Source: Fonticula alba ATCC 38817 (lineage: Eukaryota > Protista > Nucleariida). Taken from it: a stretch of DNA of 64,000 nucleotides. The stretch lies in the NCBI GenBank assembly GCA_000388065.2, contig KB932207.1, one strand, 5' to 3'. Positions 58,501 to 64,000 of this stretch are shown in pieces. A program made the position numbers and the translations under genes. Numbering within the stretch: the stretch's first letter is position 1; every line of letters begins with the position of its first letter. A model generated the notes under the pieces. That model was not told the origin of the DNA, made no database searches, and saw only the letters and a list, made by a program, of their open reading frames with translations.

Positions 58501-61500
58501 CGCCGTAGGCCTCCTCGAAGTCCCACAGGCTCTGGTCCGCGAGGCAGTCGAAGGGCTGGGCCACGATGCCGGCCGGGGCGCCGTCCGCCCGGACGAAGAC
58601 CGCATGGGCCAGGGTGTCGGTCGCCTGGCGGTAGAAGAGGGCCTGGTGCAGGGGCACGTCGTCGCCCGGGGGCTGGAAGAACAGGAATTCCGGCTCCTGG
58701 TAGTAGCTGTGGATGAAGAGCACGGCCGGGCGCTCGCCGGCGGTGCCGGCCAGGGCCGGATAGAGGCTAGTGGCCGATGGCAGGGCCAGCACCAGGCACT
58801 CGCCCCACTGGTAGTCGACCCGAGGCACGCTGAGCCGGGGCCCGAAGGAGGGGAGGGTGATGAGCAGGGTGGCGATGGAGTAGGGCAGGTCCCAGTAGCC
58901 GGCCATCCAGGTGGGCAGCAGGAGGAGGTGCTCGGGCGGGGCGTCCGGGTCGGCGCCCGGGGCCCGGCGCAGGAGCGAGGGGATGCGCGGGTCGCGCTGG
59001 CCGTGGAGTTGCACCGGGGCGAAGGCCAGCTCGGTGGCCGGGTGCGGCAGGGGGAACATCAGCACCGACAGCGGGTCGCGGTGGGCACTTTCCGTTGGCT
59101 GGACCATGCCCGGGGCGATGACGAGCGACATGAGGGTGGCGACAACCGGCAGATCGGCGTCCAGGTCGGCCGGGCGGCGGACATACCCAAAGCCGTAGTG
59201 GGGCAGGAGGCGCAGATCGGTGTCGATGCGCGAGAGGCCGACACTGCCGGTGGAGAAGGGGGCCATGCTGAGCGCCAGGCCGGAGGCCTGCGACTCGCGC
59301 GGGGCAAGGGTCTCCCGGGTTTGGAGCCCGGCCAGGAAGGGCGGCGCAATCGGGCGCAGAAGCTCGGCCAGGCTGGTGACCGGGGGGAAGTCCGTCGGGT
59401 CGGAGCTGGGGTATTGGCTGGCGGCGGGCCCGCCGGGGGGGGAGGCCGATCGCATGGGGCCGGCGGCCGGGGACCGGGCGAAGAGGGTGGCGAAGCTGGA
59501 GAAGCCGGCGCGCGAAGGGGGGCGCGGCTGCGGCCGGTGGTGGCCGGCCGCCCGGGGAGACTGCGCGCCCATGGCGGCAAGCCCCCGGATGCCGGCATCC
59601 CAAGCAAGGAAGTCCTCGAGGACTTGGGGGAAGTTCACCTGGCGGACCTCGGTGGGCCGGCCATCGACGGCGGCCGGGCTGACCGGGATCAGGGTCAGGG
59701 CGTCGGCTTCCGGGCCGAAGTGCCCCAGGAGGCTGGGGGTGGCCGTGGCCACGGGCCAGGTCGTGGGCTGGCCTTCGAACACCAGGTGGGCCGGCCGGGC
59801 GTGCATGAGGCCGAGCGGCCGGAAGCCGGCCCACGATGCCTGGGGCATGATCCGGGCCCAGGGCAGGAAGGCGGTGGGCGACGGGGCGAGGCATTGGCCC
59901 TTGGCCACCGGGGCATCCGGGTCCGGGCAGGCGGCAATGCAAGCGGTGCCGTCCTCGGCCAGGAGGAAGCCGGTGTGGCAGGCGAGACACCGGCCATCCA
60001 GGCACCGGCGGCAGTGGGGCAGGCTGCAGGGCGGGGTGCAGTCTGCGCCATTAACAATGTCGAGTCAGTGGACCGGGGGCGGGGAAACAGGGGAAAGGCG
60101 GCGGGAGGACCATACCCTCCATGGTGTCCGGGTCACACAGGGCACACGGGACCTCGGGGGTGGCCACGCCGGAGAGGCAGACCGCCAGGTCGCCGGCCAC
60201 CAGGGCAGTCGGCCGGGGGACGCAGCCGGAGTCGTCGGCCGTGCTGCAGGTGGTGGCGGACCAGGCGGGCCGCGGGGTGACGCAGGTGCCGAGGGTGCCG
60301 GCGCCGCAGCCATTGTGCGGGCCGGCCTCGGTGAAGAAGACCACCTTGCCGGTGTTCAGGCGGACGAGGGCCATCTCCGGCCGGCCGTCGGCGTCGAGGT
60401 CCAGGGGGACCAAGCGGATTTGGTCGGCAGGCGCGCCGGCGAAGGGCTGCATGTCCTCCGGGCGGCGAGGCACCACGGGCTGCACATCGAGGCGCAGGGC
60501 GCCGGAGGGGCTGATCTTGAGCACGGCGGCATAGGCCCACGAGCCGTCCCACAGGAAGAGCTGGACATGGTCATGGCGGGCGGTGTGCGGCACGATGGCC
60601 GCATGGAGGACCGGGGGCGAGGTGCCCGGAGCGTAGCCCAGATCGGCGGCCGTCAGCAGGGGCACCATGGTGTCCATGCGCGGGGTGCCGGCCGTCCGGG
60701 CGGTGAGGCTCGAGCGCCAGAAGAAGAGCAGCCCCGGCAGCCCCGGGGCATTGCCCTCGGCGGAGATGAGCAGCGGCGGGGGCGCGAGCCCGGCCGGGTC
60801 GGCGGGCAGCGAGTGTGGCTGGCCGCAGGGGGCCAGGTCGCCGGCCGGGGTTTCCAGCGACAGGAAGGCCGTGCGGGAGGAGCTGCTGGCCATGTCCTCG
60901 GCCAGGAGGCCGGTCCAGTGGTACTGGCACAGGACATCGGCCGGCTGGGCCGAGGTGGCCACCAGCCACCGGTCCAGGCCCGGGTGGTTGTCCACCGGGT
61001 GCCAGGTGCCGGCGCGGAAATGGCGGTTGGGCGGCACCAGGCGCCGGGTGCCGAGCATGGGCAGGGCCGCGGCAATGCGCCGGCCCGGGGCCGGCCGGGC
61101 AAAGGCCAGGGCGTGACCATTGAGCGGGGTCATGTACATGGCATGGCACAGCCGGGCCTCGGGGCTACCGCTGGCGGCCATGCATTCGACGGTGGTCCCG
61201 CCGGCATGCGGCACGAGGAGGGGCGCATCGCCATCCCGGCGAAGGAGGAGGGTGCTCAGGGCGTCGGCCCCGGTGGCGGTGGCATTGAAGTGGCCGCCGC
61301 CTGGCGCCGGGGTGGCATACGCCATCCAGGAGGTGGAGGCGAAGCCCATGTGCAGGGCCTCGGCCTTGATCGGAGAGGCCGGGCTGAGGTCCGTCTGGTA
61401 GAGGTGCCCGAAGGCGCACAAATCGTGGAAGGCATAGCCCATGTTGAGGCCGACATCGAAGCTGACCACGGCCATGCGCTCGAACTGCGCGGTGGCCACC

Positions 61501-63265
61501 ACCTCCGAGGCTTGGAAGTACAGCGGCAGGGTGGGGTCATCCTCCACACGGACGCGCGTGGTCACGGGCGAGGCGGGCATGCAGCTGCCGTCCAGCAGGA
61601 AGGTGCCCGTGCGGCAGGTGATGCAATCGGTGGCGGTGGGACCGCTGCATGCGGCGCAGCTGCTGTGACAGGCGAGGCACTTGTTGTCTGGGCGCCAGGG
61701 GCATGATGGGGCGGGGGGGGGGGGGGGGAATGGGTCAATACCGGCAGGGGGAGCGGTCAAGGGCTGGCCCAATGAGCAGGGGCCGGGCGCCGCGCACCGT
61801 CACCGAGGAAGAAGCCCGCGAGGCAGGCCTCGCACGGGAAGTAGGTGTTGAGGAGCTGGCGATGGGCCAGGGCGCAGGTGCAGGCCGGATGGACATGCGG
61901 GCCGCCCTGGTGAATGCACTGGGCCTTGGGGCCGCAGAGGCACGTGGGCGCGGCGCTGTGCAGCGAGTACAGGCGGATGGCGCTCGGGTCGCTGTCATGG
62001 GCGAGGGCGATGTCCAGGTGGCCATCACCATCATAGTCGCCGCTGGCCAGGCCGACCCACCGGCCGGAAGGGGCATCCGGCACCAGGGCAAAGTAATCAA
62101 TGGCATTGAGGGTCATCGGCGAGGCGGGGGCCTCGGCGGCGGCGTCGCGCGGCCCGGTCAGCACCAGGACGCGACGACCCCCGGCGATGATGAGGTCGTG
62201 GTGGTCCGGGGAGGTGACGCGCGCGGCGGTGGCCTTGAACAGCTCGCCGGTCCAGGTGCCGGGCGGGCTGCCGCGGTAGAAGTCCGCCAGGTCGATGACG
62301 ACCGGCTGGGCGAACTGGTTGCCGGACAGGAGGAAGAAGAGGGCCGGGGCATTGGCGGACCCGAGCCCGGGGAGGACCACAATGTCCGAGGCATTGCCAT
62401 CGCCATCGAAGTCGCCGACCACCATGCCGCCAGGCAGGAAGCCCGGTGGCAGGACGGCCAGGATGCGTTCCTGGCAGAAGCTGGCGCCCAGGAAGTCCGA
62501 CAGCAGGGTCAGGCAGTACCCCTGACCGGGGTGGTCTTCGTGCTGGCTGGCGATGAGGGCCTCGGCGTGGCCGTCGGCATCGATGTCCACGGCGATGGCC
62601 CCGCGGATGTTCTTCAGTTGGGGGAAGGTGTCGGCTTTGGAGTAGTCGTGCTCCGGGTCGGGGCCAAGGACCTGCACAGCGATGTAGGTAGGGTGGCCGG
62701 CGAAGAACTTCACCAGGGCCCAGACGGCCGGGGCGTCCTGGCCATGGGGGAAGGCCGACACGACGACCGACGACAGGGTCGAGGCCAGGGAGGACCCGAC
62801 GGCGAAGAGGCCATTGCCGCGGAGGAGGACCGGCGGGCTTTGGGCGAGGAAGAGATCCGCGAGCTGCCCGGCCAGCGGGTTGTACAGGGTGCTGGTGGGC
62901 GCGAGTGGGGCCCGGGGGAAGGGGCTGGTCGTGAGGCAGGACACGCTGCCGGGGCCGGCGTGGATGAAGCTGATCGGGGCCCCGGGGCTCGGCCGGGCCG
63001 TGTAGTGGGTCTCATAGAAGGACAGGTCGGCCAGGCCGTCGCGCGTGCCGGGCAGCAGGGTGTCCTGGCTGAAGAAGTCGCAAAAGTGGATGTCCCGGTT
63101 GAGATCGATGGTCGGGTTGTCCGGGCCGGGGATCGTGTGGACCCGGATGTATTCCAGGTGCGAGGGGGTGGGCTGGAGCCCGGCCTCGGCGAGCGGCGCG
63201 GCCGCCAGCAGCAGGATGCCCAGCACCAGGGCCAGCCACGGGAGCCGGCCGGTGGGCGGGATCAT
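55532..63265 (-). CDS. Giant (about 2500 aa) kinase-less type I surface protein: three FG-GAP-motif domains separated by Cys linkers, furin-like repeats, Ser/Asn stalk, TM, short tail; exons 63265-61798, 61687-60116 and 60042-55532
   Basis: Signal LPWLALVLGILLLAAAPLAEA. Both introns are phase 1 and keep frame. Six DxD/NxDG motifs: VDIDADGH, GDFDGDGN, GDYDGDGHLD, LDLDADGR, MDLNRDGQED, VDFNNDGLMD. TM is LAIGLGVGLPLLAIIIVAVVVVLVM; stop at 55532. Confidence 0.85.
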
Positions 63266-64000
63266 GGCGCCGGAGGGGAGGAGGGGGATAGAGGGGCTGT
63301 GCGTATGGAGCGGGGGGGGGGGGGGGGCTAGGAACGGTCGCAGAGGGATGGGGAGGCCAGCCTGATGGGGGGGGAGACGCGTGAGGGCGGGAAAGAAGGT
63401 GACAAGAGATCGAGCACGGTGCGGGCTGATATAGGTGCGCCGGGAATGGGCCGGGCTGCCGCTGCACCCGGTGGCTGCCCGCCGGAGAGGGGGACCGGAG
63501 GCTCCGCCCGCCTCCAGGCCGGGTGCCGGTTGGACTGGGGATCCACCCGTTTGGGGGCCCTGCGAGGGCCGGGACAGGGGATGCGGGGAGTACCGCGGCG
63601 GGACGCGCGGACCGGTGGCTCGCCCCCCAGTGTCCTGGCCCTCGGGGGGGAGGGGCGAACGCAGGCAAGACGCCGGCACCCCTGGGCGGACGGTGTGTTG
63701 CCGTGGCCCCCGAGCAGGGGGCCAGCGTGGGAGCAGCGTCGAAGAGCCTGGTCAGCAGGCACTCGGCTCGGCGGGTCGTGTGCGGGCACTGTCAACCAAT
63801 GCACATGCCGTGTGGTGCAGGGCCGCGATATTCTGGGGGCCAAATAGACCCTCAGCTGAGGTCCGGAAAAGCAACCGGGCGGGCCTGTGTGTGGGTGTTG
63901 CATGCGTGCTGTCCCCCTCGGGCCCCTGCGTGTACCTCCCCCACCTGGCCAAAAAGGGGGCCGGCGACCAGGGGCAACGACCACGAGCCAATGCCGCGGC

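Overview
GC-rich, intron-rich eukaryotic DNA with poly-G/C and (CA)n tracts and several assembly gaps. The style and the expanded furin-repeat TKL receptor kinases suggest a Fonticula-like holomycotan protist, but this is inference only. Left part: RRP5 (+), a spliced RGS plus FSP1/AIFM2-like oxidoreductase fusion (-), about 7.5 kb of unexplained DNA that includes an Illumina-adapter artefact, and a divergent CFAP20 (+). From 21 to 63 kb: three giant Cys-rich (furin-like repeat) surface receptors, all on the minus strand (two with TKL kinases, one kinase-less with FG-GAP motifs). They are interleaved with three plus-strand paralogs of a 2-TM protein that resembles APD-type E3 ligase luminal domains but ends in PPPPYS...WSKY instead of a RING. 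Eleven tRNA genes occupy every intergenic interval from 29.6 to 55.5 kb, with identical copies (Gly x2, Ile x3) bracketing gene cassettes. Exon boundaries were derived by eye; no database searches were run.
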